A DNA stretch of 64,000 nucleotides from an uncultured Spirochaetota bacterium (GTDB lineage Bacteria > Spirochaetota > Spirochaetia > SZUA-6 > Fen-1364), in the NCBI GenBank assembly GCA_963820525.1, contig CAWGAA010000001.1:2176001-2240000 (forward strand), written 5' to 3'. Positions 1 through 8,067 of this stretch are shown here, in pieces. Each line of letters opens with the position of its first letter. Position 1 is the stretch's first letter. The notes beneath the pieces are model-generated. The model worked only from the letters and a program-made list of their open reading frames with translations, had not been told where the DNA came from and searched no databases. The translations under genes were made by a program, and so were the position numbers.

Positions 1-784
1 GGGAGAGCTCGACTATCCTGATGGCCCGCACCGACTTGCCGTAACCGCGGCAACCGTCCTGGGCAAACCTCACAATGCCCTGCGGGGTCACGATAACCCT
101 TCCTCCCGGCCGCGCTATCGAGGAATCCCCCTGGACAATGGGATTTCGCGGGTGGGAAACCCACGGCCCCGGGAGGCTTTCGGCATAGTAGAGCCGAAGC
201 TCGTCGGACTTTCCGGCCTGCACGCTGCTGAACATCCACCACAGGCCGTCGTAACAGAACAGGGAGGTGTCGGCGAACTCACCCTCCAGAAGGTCGGCGA
301 CATGCCGCCAGTCCCTCGGGAAGGCCTGTGCGCTGTAGAGGCGGATTCTGCCTGCCGCGATGCTCTCAGGGACGAGGTAGTGCCGTCCCTCCGCCGAGAA
401 GACATAGGGATAGGAGAGATGGTACGGCTCGGCCAGCACTATTCCCCCATAGTTCCACCGCAAACCGTCGGGGCTCCAGGACATCCCGATCTCTCCCTTT
501 CGGGAGAGTGAGTTCAACACCTCGTAGAACATGTACCATGTGCCGGCGTACCGGACAATGAATGGATCCGCCACGAACCGCGCGGGCACGTCGCGCACGT
601 GGGTCCGGGTGATGACGGGATTGGAGGCCCGCGCATCCGGCGAAAGGCTGTTCGGCGCGTGTCCCGAATAGATTCCGATGGCATACTCCTGCATCGTATC
701 GAAGCTGAGCCGATGCCTGCGCAGGAATAGGAAGCCCGCCACCGCGACGACGGCGATGGCGAGGACGATAAGGGCGTATTTCAT
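1..784 (-). CDS. Membrane-anchored five-bladed beta-propeller protein, GINT1 N-terminal (glucosamine inositolphosphorylceramide transferase-like)/GH43-like; 3' end runs off the window
   Basis: Not in the ORF track. Translated manually from ATG at 784: MKYALIVLAIAVVAVAGFLFLRR..NPVIT..FVADPFIV..WYMFYEV..GEIG..HLSYPYVF..YLVPES..PWVSHPRNPIV..ARPGGRV..RFAQD..YG, open to position 1. Confidence 0.75.
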   Translation of the reverse strand, partial: MKYALIVLAIAVVAVAGFLFLRRHRLSFDTMQEYAIGIYSGHAPNSLSPDARASNPVITRTHVRDVPARFVADPFIVRYAGTWYMFYEVLNSLSRKGEIGMSWSPDGLRWNYGGIVLAEPYHLSYPYVFSAEGRHYLVPESIAAGRIRLYSAQAFPRDWRHVADLLEGEFADTSLFCYDGLWWMFSSVQAGKSDELRLYYAESLPGPWVSHPRNPIVQGDSSIARPGGRVIVTPQGIVRFAQDGCRGYGKSVRAIRIVELS

Positions 785-801
785 GACCTTCCCTTGCCTT
801 T

Positions 802-1953
802 TCAGGCGCTGCGTCTCTCCGCGGCCGACCGCGCTTTCTCCGCGCTCTTTTCCGAGAGCTCCCTGTACATCCGCTCGTGCGCCTGCACGAAGTTCCTGAA
901 ATGGAAACGCTCCTCGACGATCTGCCTGCCCCGCTCCCCCATCAATCGGGCTTTTACCGGGTCGCCGAGAATGGAGATGAGGGCCCCGGCGAGCTTGTTC
1001 GGCTGGAAGGGGGGAACGAGCAGGCCGGTGCGGCCGTCTTCCACCACCTCGGAGATTCCACCCACGTCGGATGCAACCACGGGAAGCCCTGAAGCCATTG
1101 CCTCGACGATCGCAACGCTGAGCCCTTCGGTGCGGGAGGGAAGGACGAAGAGGTCCATCCGGGCAAGCTCGTCGAAAACCTCTTTCCGGTAGCCCGCGAA
1201 CTCCACGGCGTCCGAGAGGCCGATCTTTCGGGCGTACCCCTGCAGACGTCCGGCAAGGGGGCCGTCTCCGACAACGAGAAGGCGCGCCCGGGGGAAGCTC
1301 TCCCGAACCCGCTTCATGGCATCCAGGAGATCAACGTGCCGCTTCTCCTCGCTCAAGCGCGCCACGACGCCGATGACGGGAGCGCCGGGATCCCTTTGCT
1401 CTCGCGATTTGCCCGTCGACTTGGCCCCGCCGAAGGCGGGATAGATGATCCGGTAGGTATCCAGGTTTCTCGCGCCCACCCAATCGCGGCGCACCGCGTC
1501 CGCCACGAACACGCGACAGTCGGCCTTATCGCTCACCCAGTTGTTGAGCGGTTTGAGGAAAGCATCCCGGAATCTTCGCAACCTGCTGGGAGCCTGATTG
1601 CTCGTCGTGAGCTCGCAGGAGATGACCGCCGGCACGCCCGCGCGCCGGGCGGCGATTCCGCCGTAGATGTTGGTGTTCAGGCAGTAGGTCTGGACGATAT
1701 CCGGCGCGAGCCTGCCGAACAGGCTCGCGAGCTTCCCGATGAGGGCGGGGTTCTGCCAGCCCTCGGTATCCAGGTAGTACATGGGTATGTCGAGGCTGTC
1801 GAACTGATCGCTGATCTCGGCGGAGCGGTGCCCGTAGATGCAGACGCTCATGGCGAACCGGCTTCTGTCGATGGTGCGCGCCAGCGTGAGAAGATTGTCG
1901 TGGATCCCGTGAAACAGCCGCACGTCCTTCCAGACGTGCAGAACCTTGATCAT
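802..1953 (-). CDS. Glycosyltransferase family 4 (GT-B)
   Basis: Motifs ARLSEEKRH, FVLPSRTEGLSVAIVEAMASGLPVVASDVGG (EX7E). Confidence 0.92.
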   Translation of the reverse strand: MIKVLHVWKDVRLFHGIHDNLLTLARTIDRSRFAMSVCIYGHRSAEISDQFDSLDIPMYYLDTEGWQNPALIGKLASLFGRLAPDIVQTYCLNTNIYGGIAARRAGVPAVISCELTTSNQAPSRLRRFRDAFLKPLNNWVSDKADCRVFVADAVRRDWVGARNLDTYRIIYPAFGGAKSTGKSREQRDPGAPVIGVVARLSEEKRHVDLLDAMKRVRESFPRARLLVVGDGPLAGRLQGYARKIGLSDAVEFAGYRKEVFDELARMDLFVLPSRTEGLSVAIVEAMASGLPVVASDVGGISEVVEDGRTGLLVPPFQPNKLAGALISILGDPVKARLMGERGRQIVEERFHFRNFVQAHERMYRELSEKSAEKARSAAERRSA

Positions 1954-1966
1954 GATCTCGCCTCCG

Positions 1967-2944
1967 TTATTTCGTGCCGAGCCAGCGCGCCGCGTCCTTC
2001 GCGCTGTAGGAGATGATGAGATCGGCCCCGGCGCGCTTGAAGGCCGTCAACGCCTCCAGGGTGATCTCCCTTTCGTCGATGCGTCCCAGGGAGGCCGCCG
2101 CCTTGATCATCGCGTACTCGCCGCTCACGTTGTACACCGCGAGGGGAACGCCGAACGTCCGCTTGGCCCGGGAAACGATGTCGAGATAGAACATGGCGGG
2201 CTTCACCATGACGATGTCGGCCCCTTCCTCGATGTCGAGTGAGATCTCGCGCATCGCCTCCTCCGCGTTGCCGTAGTCCATCTGGTGGGACTTCTTGTCG
2301 CCGAAGCTCACCGCGGATTCGGTTCCATGCTTGAAGAACGGATCGTAGAGCTTGGAGGCGAACTTGGCCGAATAGCCCATCACCGCCGTCTCTGTGAAGC
2401 CGTTCTCGTCCAGGATCGACCTGATGGCCTTCACCTGGCCGTCGAGCATGGCGGCGGGGGCCACGATGTCGGAACCGGCCCGCGCGTGCGAAAGGGCGAC
2501 CTTCCCGAGCAGCTCCACGCTCTTGTCGTTTAGCAGATAGCCGTTGGCAAGGATGCCGCAGTGCCCATGCGGCGTGTATTCGCAGAGGCAGACGTCGGTG
2601 ACAACGACGATCCCCGGCACCTTCTCCCGGATCGTCTCCACGGCCTTCTGCACGATGCCGCCGGGGTCATAGCTTTCGCTCGCCATCTCGTCGCGCTTCT
2701 CGGGAATCCCGAAGAGCAGGACCGAGGGAATGCCCAGGTCCCGGATCTCCTTCACCTCGTCGGCGAGCCGGTCGATGGACAGGTGGTAGTTTCCGGGCAT
2801 CGAGTCGATCTCCTCTTTGACGCCGTATCCGTGGACGACGAACAGGGGGGAGATGAAATCGCGGGGGGCGAGCGACGTCTCGCGGACCATCTCGCGAATC
2901 GCGGGCGTCCGCCGCAGCCTTCTCATGCGCGTGACGGGGAACAT
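1967..2944 (-). CDS. hemB: Porphobilinogen synthase (ALA dehydratase) homologue with divergent substrate-binding motifs
   Basis: Start reassigned to MFPVTRMRRLRR (AAGGAG RBS). Zn motif DVCLCEYTPHGHCG, Schiff-base lysines in YSAKF and MVKPA, YNVSGEYAMIK. Confidence 0.93.
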   Translation of the reverse strand: MFPVTRMRRLRRTPAIREMVRETSLAPRDFISPLFVVHGYGVKEEIDSMPGNYHLSIDRLADEVKEIRDLGIPSVLLFGIPEKRDEMASESYDPGGIVQKAVETIREKVPGIVVVTDVCLCEYTPHGHCGILANGYLLNDKSVELLGKVALSHARAGSDIVAPAAMLDGQVKAIRSILDENGFTETAVMGYSAKFASKLYDPFFKHGTESAVSFGDKKSHQMDYGNAEEAMREISLDIEEGADIVMVKPAMFYLDIVSRAKRTFGVPLAVYNVSGEYAMIKAAASLGRIDEREITLEALTAFKRAGADLIISYSAKDAARWLGTK

Positions 2945-2961
2945 TGTTTTTCTCCTTTTCT

Positions 2962-4572
2962 TCAGGCGCTCTTCGCGCCGGTGCGTGTGATATGGAAGGG
3001 AAGGATCTTGCCGCTTCGCGTCGGAATCGGGTAGTCCCGCTTTATGCGCAGGGTCCGCGCCTGCCCCCACATCTCGGGGCCCGACTGGGTCCACGATTCA
3101 GGGCTGACGGTGGCGGTCTTGAGGAATCGGATGAAGCTCTTTGCGATCTCCTCCTCGTCCACCTCACCGACCCGCGGGCTTACCAGGAGCTTCAGCCGTG
3201 TGAGGCCGCGCGCGTCCTCCTCTTCCAGCAGCTGGTAGTCGGTGCTCTGGCCGCCGTACTTCCGGGGAAGCTCGCGCTCCACGATCCTGATGAAATCGGT
3301 GTCGACGAACGTGACGCCTTCCCCGGTGAGCTTCTCGTAGCTCCTGATATCCGAGATGTGCGTATCGAAGCCGAGCCGGCCGAAGGGGCAGGAGCACTCC
3401 CCGCTCCACAGCTCGCCGTAATCCCCCATGCCGACGTTGAGCAGGATCTTGGGCGCCTCGTAGAGCAGGGAGGTGAAGAGGAAGGAATCCACCTCCGTGT
3501 CGCTGTGCTCCACCCGGAGGCGGTGCGGGATGATCGCCGTGGTGTCCTTGAGGATGTGACAGTGGTCGCTCGAGGGGTAGGGGCTGTCGCATCCCGCCGC
3601 GATCACCCCCGCTTCAGAGATCCCATAGATGGGCACCGCGATCGCCCCGGCGGCCTCTATCTCGGCCTTCTTCTGCTGGGTGAGCGGCTCCCCCGTTACC
3701 AGGAAGCGCGTGCCGTTGATCCTGAGGCCGTTCTCGGCCGCGGCCATGCAGACCCGCACGGCGGAGCTGGCAAAGGTGTAGATGACGCAGCTGGGGTTTT
3801 CCTCCAGCGCGCGGGAAGCCCACAGTGCGATATCGTACGCGTCGTTGAGCCCCACGAACTCGGGCCGCGCGAGGGGCACGCCGCTCAACCTGCTCATCAG
3901 GAAGATGTAGCTCACCCCCAGCCTCTTCTCCCAATTCACCTTCATGTGGCTCTTCTCCACCTGGGAGAACCACTTGCGGGGAGGGTTTCCGATGTGGGCG
4001 AAGCGCAGGGAGGAATTGATCCCCGGCGCGCCGGGGAAGACGGGAAACCAGTTGGCGATGGGAGCCGTGAGGGCGCCGTGGACATTGAGGATGAACGCGT
4101 CATAGAGAGAGCGTTGGGTGAGATAGTCGAAGTCGATGCGGACCCGGGTCCCCGCGCTGCGGGTGGCGCCGCTTCCCACCTCATAGGCCGCGGAGATGAA
4201 GGGGTTGTCGAACGCCTTCTCTTCGAGGCGGAAGCGCAGGCCGTCCCGCACGACCTCGAATTTCCCCTTGAACTCGTCCACGGTGTAGTACACCCCGTCC
4301 TTTCTCAGGGTCTCGAGGGCTCCCTCGATTCCCGCGTGCTCCACCCAATGGGAAATTTCGGTCATGCCGATCTTCTTGGCGGCGAGGAGGGGCAGGTAAG
4401 GACTTTTCGGATAGCCGAAAACTCCCTTCTCCATCAGCCTCAGGAAGTTCTCCTGGCGGCGGGCGATCCGGTCCGTGAACGCCGCCCGCGCCTGCTCCAG
4501 GGCCTGCTCCGGCGTGGTTCGATCCCTCAAATACTTCATGAGGCCGAAAACGAATCTCGAGTACTTGCGCAT
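2962..4572 (-). CDS. PaaK/GH3-like ANL-superfamily adenylate-forming ligase (divergent)
   Basis: P-loop-like GSGATRSAGT, TGEPLT, YGISEAG, GDYG, C-terminal TRSGKI; strong GGAGG RBS. Confidence 0.7.
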   Translation of the reverse strand: MRKYSRFVFGLMKYLRDRTTPEQALEQARAAFTDRIARRQENFLRLMEKGVFGYPKSPYLPLLAAKKIGMTEISHWVEHAGIEGALETLRKDGVYYTVDEFKGKFEVVRDGLRFRLEEKAFDNPFISAAYEVGSGATRSAGTRVRIDFDYLTQRSLYDAFILNVHGALTAPIANWFPVFPGAPGINSSLRFAHIGNPPRKWFSQVEKSHMKVNWEKRLGVSYIFLMSRLSGVPLARPEFVGLNDAYDIALWASRALEENPSCVIYTFASSAVRVCMAAAENGLRINGTRFLVTGEPLTQQKKAEIEAAGAIAVPIYGISEAGVIAAGCDSPYPSSDHCHILKDTTAIIPHRLRVEHSDTEVDSFLFTSLLYEAPKILLNVGMGDYGELWSGECSCPFGRLGFDTHISDIRSYEKLTGEGVTFVDTDFIRIVERELPRKYGGQSTDYQLLEEEDARGLTRLKLLVSPRVGEVDEEEIAKSFIRFLKTATVSPESWTQSGPEMWGQARTLRIKRDYPIPTRSGKILPFHITRTGAKSA

Positions 4573-4639
4573 TTTCCCTTTCCTCCAAAATCGATCCGCA
4601 GCCGCCCGCGGAAGTGCGAGAGTGCCCGGCGGGATCAGC

Positions 4640-5845
4640 CTAGGATCCGAAACGGATGGCGTTGGTGAGCTCGCGGACCTTCTCGATCGTGTTGTGCATG
4701 ATGCGGTTCACGATCGACTTGGTGAGGGACTCCACCATCCCCTTGGCCTCGTCGGGCAGGGCGCTGCCGGTGGCGAAGGATGCGAAGCCCTCCTGGCGGA
4801 CGTTCTCCGCCATGTCCTTCAGGGAAAGGATCACGGGGGCCAGGTCCGCGGCGTCGAGCTTCTTCCAGACGTCCTTCACCCTTTCGCCGATCATCCCCGC
4901 CGCCTTTTCCGCCTCCCTCTCCCGGATCGCCCTGCTCTCTTCCACCACGGCCTTCAGGTCGTCGATGTTGTAGAGGTGCACGCCCGGGATCTCTTTCACC
5001 CCCGGGTCTATCGTGCGGGGCACCGAGATGTCGATTATCATGACGGGCTTGCCGCCCAGCGAATCCGCGATGTCGCTCTTTGAAATCACGTAGCCCGGGG
5101 AGGCGATCGAGCTGATCACGATGTCGGTCTTGGGGATGTACTCCGCCGCCTCGTACAGCATGATGGGGGTCCCCTTGATGCTCTCCGCCAGGCGGACGGC
5201 GCGCTCGAAGGTGCGGTTGGCGACGAACACCTGCTTCACGCCGTTGTCCATGAGGTTTCTCACGGTGAGCTCCGCCATCTCTCCGGCGCCCAGGATCAGT
5301 GCCGTCTTTTCCGCGATCTCTCCCAGCGCCCGCTTCGAGAGGGCGACGGCGGCGTAGCTCACCGAGACGTTGGCGCGCCCGATATCGGTGGAAGAGCGGA
5401 CCTTCTTCACGAGGGCGAATGCCTGGGGGAAGAGGCGCTTGAAAACGGGCCCGACGACTCCTGCTTCCAGCGCGATCCGGTAGGCGTCCTTCACCTGCCC
5501 GAACACCTGGGGCTCCCCCACGATCATCGAATCGATGCCCGCCGCCACCTTGCAGAGGTGCTCCACCGCTTCCTCGTTGGTATGGACGTAGAGCGTATCG
5601 TCAATGCACTCCTTCACGCCGTGGAAATCGCAGAGAAAGGAGGCGAGGGCCGAGGGTTCCGCCCCGTCCAGGACGGCGTACAGCTCGACCCTGTTGCAGG
5701 TGGACAGGATCACGCACTCCGCCACCCCCTGCTGCTCCCTGAGGGCGGAGAGCGCCCGGGGGAGCGCCTCATCCTCGAAGGCGAACCTCTCGCGCAGGTC
5801 CACCGCCGCAGTTTTGCTATTCATTCCCAGTACGGATACGATCAT
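4640..5845 (-). CDS. hemA: Glutamyl-tRNA reductase
   Basis: Start reassigned to MIVSVLGMNSKTA. Catalytic STCNRVE, GIDSMIVGEPQVFGQVK, NADPH motif GAGEMA, VANRT, DISVPR, YNIDDL. Confidence 0.93.
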   Translation of the reverse strand: MIVSVLGMNSKTAAVDLRERFAFEDEALPRALSALREQQGVAECVILSTCNRVELYAVLDGAEPSALASFLCDFHGVKECIDDTLYVHTNEEAVEHLCKVAAGIDSMIVGEPQVFGQVKDAYRIALEAGVVGPVFKRLFPQAFALVKKVRSSTDIGRANVSVSYAAVALSKRALGEIAEKTALILGAGEMAELTVRNLMDNGVKQVFVANRTFERAVRLAESIKGTPIMLYEAAEYIPKTDIVISSIASPGYVISKSDIADSLGGKPVMIIDISVPRTIDPGVKEIPGVHLYNIDDLKAVVEESRAIREREAEKAAGMIGERVKDVWKKLDAADLAPVILSLKDMAENVRQEGFASFATGSALPDEAKGMVESLTKSIVNRIMHNTIEKVRELTNAIRFGS

Positions 5846-8060
5846 GCAGTGCCTCTCTTCGCTCGCCGCTGTCATCGGAGCCGGCCATGGCCAATTCCCT
5901 CCAGAAGCGCGCGACGTCGCGCGGGAGGGCGTTCCAGTACAGCCCCGTGTACCTTTCACGAAGGTAGAAAAGAAAATCCCGGTACCACGTGTGCGGATAT
6001 TCGTCGATTTGCCGTCTCTCCCCGTTCAACAGCATGTAATCGGGGTGGGTATTGAGCAGAGCCATTCCCCCTTTTTCGGCAACCCAGTCCAGCTTCTCCC
6101 GCCAGACCCTGGCATCGTGGTGTTGAAGCACCACGAAGAGCGTGCTGTCCTGCGGCAGGGTGTAGGGCAGCTCGACGTATCCCGAGCTGCCGTTCGCCAC
6201 CCACAGGGGGAAGATCGTTCCGATCCCGTCGGGCTGGGGCTCGAAGGGGTCCGTGTCGAACGTGGAGGCGTCATACTCGATCGCCAGGTCCTTCAGCCAC
6301 TCGAGATTGTGCTGCATGGCGGCGGAGCGGAACCCGACGGCGCCCCACTCCCGGAGATACGCGTTGATCCGCGCGGCCCGGGAGGTGAAAATCCGGCGTG
6401 ACTGGTACAGCTTCCCATCATGCGACAGGTCGTGCACGCCGATCTCGAAGCCCTGAGCCGTCAGCTCGGTGCGCACCCGGGGATCGTCTTCATAGCGTTC
6501 GGGAACGAAGTTGAAGGATGAAACGAATCCGAGCTCCTTCTCCATGGCCGCGACATGCGCGCAGCGCTCCACGCCCCGAAGACCCTCCACGTCGTGCGTG
6601 AGAACGAGCGCGAACTTCTTGCCGTCCGGCCACCCCTTCCAGTGGAGCGGCCGGGATTGGGATCGAGGGTCGATGGGCCACACGATGTCGACATTGCGCG
6701 CGACCCGGCGGGCAAACATGCGGCGAACCGCGATCTGCGCGCTTCGGGGGATGAGGGGCTTCATAAAATAGTAGAATCGGCGCGCCAGCTTCCGCCCGCT
6801 GGATGTGGCGCCTGATTCCCGCTTTTCCAGAAGCCAGTTGTACGCCGTGAGCAGGTTCTCCGACACGATCTCCCAGGCCAGCTCGCGCTCCACCCTGGCA
6901 CATCCCCGCTCACCCATGGTTGAGCGGCACGCGGGATCGTCCATGAGCCTGGCCACGGCCTCCGCGTACTCTTCGACATCATTGGGCTTCACATACAGGG
7001 CGGCATCCCGCGCCGTGAAGCGCGTCTCCTTCAGGTCGAAGCTGACGATCGGCTTGGAGTACATCATGTACTCCATGACCTTGATCCAGGTGGAATGATC
7101 GTTGAGGGGGTTCGAGGGGTTCGGGTCCAGACAGATATCGGCCGCGGCGAGATAGTGAAGGAGCTCCTGCCGTGGAATGAGGCCGGTGAAACGCACCGAC
7201 TCCTCGAGGCGGAGGTCCTTGACCAGCCCCTTCATGTCCTCCAGCACGTCCCCCTGGCCAATGGCGATGCACTGGAAATCCTCCCTGCCCAGCCCGTAGC
7301 GGAGGTGGTGCAGAGCGTGGAGCATGTAGTCCAGCCCGTCCTGCGGGCCCATGGTGCCGATGTACACAAGGAGCTTCCTGCCGCCCATCTGCGGGCCGGG
7401 CTCGCGGGAATCGCGCTGGAACTCGAATCGGGCAGGGCCGTTTCGAACGATGAAGATCTTCTCGGGGCCGATCCCCCCGCGTTCCATCTCGATGGCCCGG
7501 TAGCTCTCGTTGGTGGCGATCACGAGATCCGAGTGGCGGATGACGAGCGCTTCGATGCCATGGAGAATCCTGTAGATGAAGTTGCGGCGCACCCGGTAGC
7601 GGGAGAGGTAGAGCTCGGGCTCCAGATCGTGATGATCGAATATCACCTTCTTGCCCAGGAGCCTATAGCCGAGGGAGAGGAGGCACAGGATGTTGGGGGG
7701 ATTCGATGAATGGATGACCTGGAACCCGTCGCGCACGGCCACCATGGGGAAGATGAACAGGCACACCAGGGCGAAATAGAAGTACTCCACGATGTAGCCG
7801 AACGCGGAGAGGGCCCGATAGAAGAGCACCCCCAGCCGGGAGGTGCTTCGCGTGCTCTTCTTGAACAGGTTGATCATGGGCATTGTATAGACGGTGATGC
7901 CCCGAACGACTTCCCTTCCCAGGTTCCCGTGGGGGCTCAAGGCAAGGACGCTCACCTTGTACCCGTTGTCGGCGAGCTTGAACGCCTCCTTGCTCACCCG
8001 CGGGTCCGCGAGGAACGGCTTGTCCACGAACATCAGGACTTTTCGCGAACTCTTTTTCAT
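5817..8060 (-). CDS. GT4 glycosyltransferase fused to a C-terminal polysaccharide deacetylase-like (NodB/CE4-like) domain
   Basis: N-terminal DPRVSKEA, FDHHDLEPE, IKVMEYM (GT4); C-terminal VLTHDVE, EIGVHDLSHDG, GFRS, YDAS, ELPYTLPQD, NTHPDY. Confidence 0.85.
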   Translation of the reverse strand: MKKSSRKVLMFVDKPFLADPRVSKEAFKLADNGYKVSVLALSPHGNLGREVVRGITVYTMPMINLFKKSTRSTSRLGVLFYRALSAFGYIVEYFYFALVCLFIFPMVAVRDGFQVIHSSNPPNILCLLSLGYRLLGKKVIFDHHDLEPELYLSRYRVRRNFIYRILHGIEALVIRHSDLVIATNESYRAIEMERGGIGPEKIFIVRNGPARFEFQRDSREPGPQMGGRKLLVYIGTMGPQDGLDYMLHALHHLRYGLGREDFQCIAIGQGDVLEDMKGLVKDLRLEESVRFTGLIPRQELLHYLAAADICLDPNPSNPLNDHSTWIKVMEYMMYSKPIVSFDLKETRFTARDAALYVKPNDVEEYAEAVARLMDDPACRSTMGERGCARVERELAWEIVSENLLTAYNWLLEKRESGATSSGRKLARRFYYFMKPLIPRSAQIAVRRMFARRVARNVDIVWPIDPRSQSRPLHWKGWPDGKKFALVLTHDVEGLRGVERCAHVAAMEKELGFVSSFNFVPERYEDDPRVRTELTAQGFEIGVHDLSHDGKLYQSRRIFTSRAARINAYLREWGAVGFRSAAMQHNLEWLKDLAIEYDASTFDTDPFEPQPDGIGTIFPLWVANGSSGYVELPYTLPQDSTLFVVLQHHDARVWREKLDWVAEKGGMALLNTHPDYMLLNGERRQIDEYPHTWYRDFLFYLRERYTGLYWNALPRDVARFWRELAMAGSDDSGERREALHDRIRTGNE

Positions 8061-8067
8061 GTCACCA

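Noticed and set aside
2944..4668. Long antisense ORFs (e.g. 2944-4668 +, 7894-9444 +, 21382-22911 +, 26643-28403 +, 37726-39306 -)
   Set aside because: These are shadow frames of well-supported genes on the opposite strand, expected in high-GC DNA, with no recognisable motifs.
1967..5845. Reading hemA/hemB as an ordinary heme biosynthesis operon
   Set aside because: This is disfavoured but not excluded: there is no hemC/D/L here, the genes are interleaved with a ligase and glycosyltransferases, and the HemB pocket motifs are altered.
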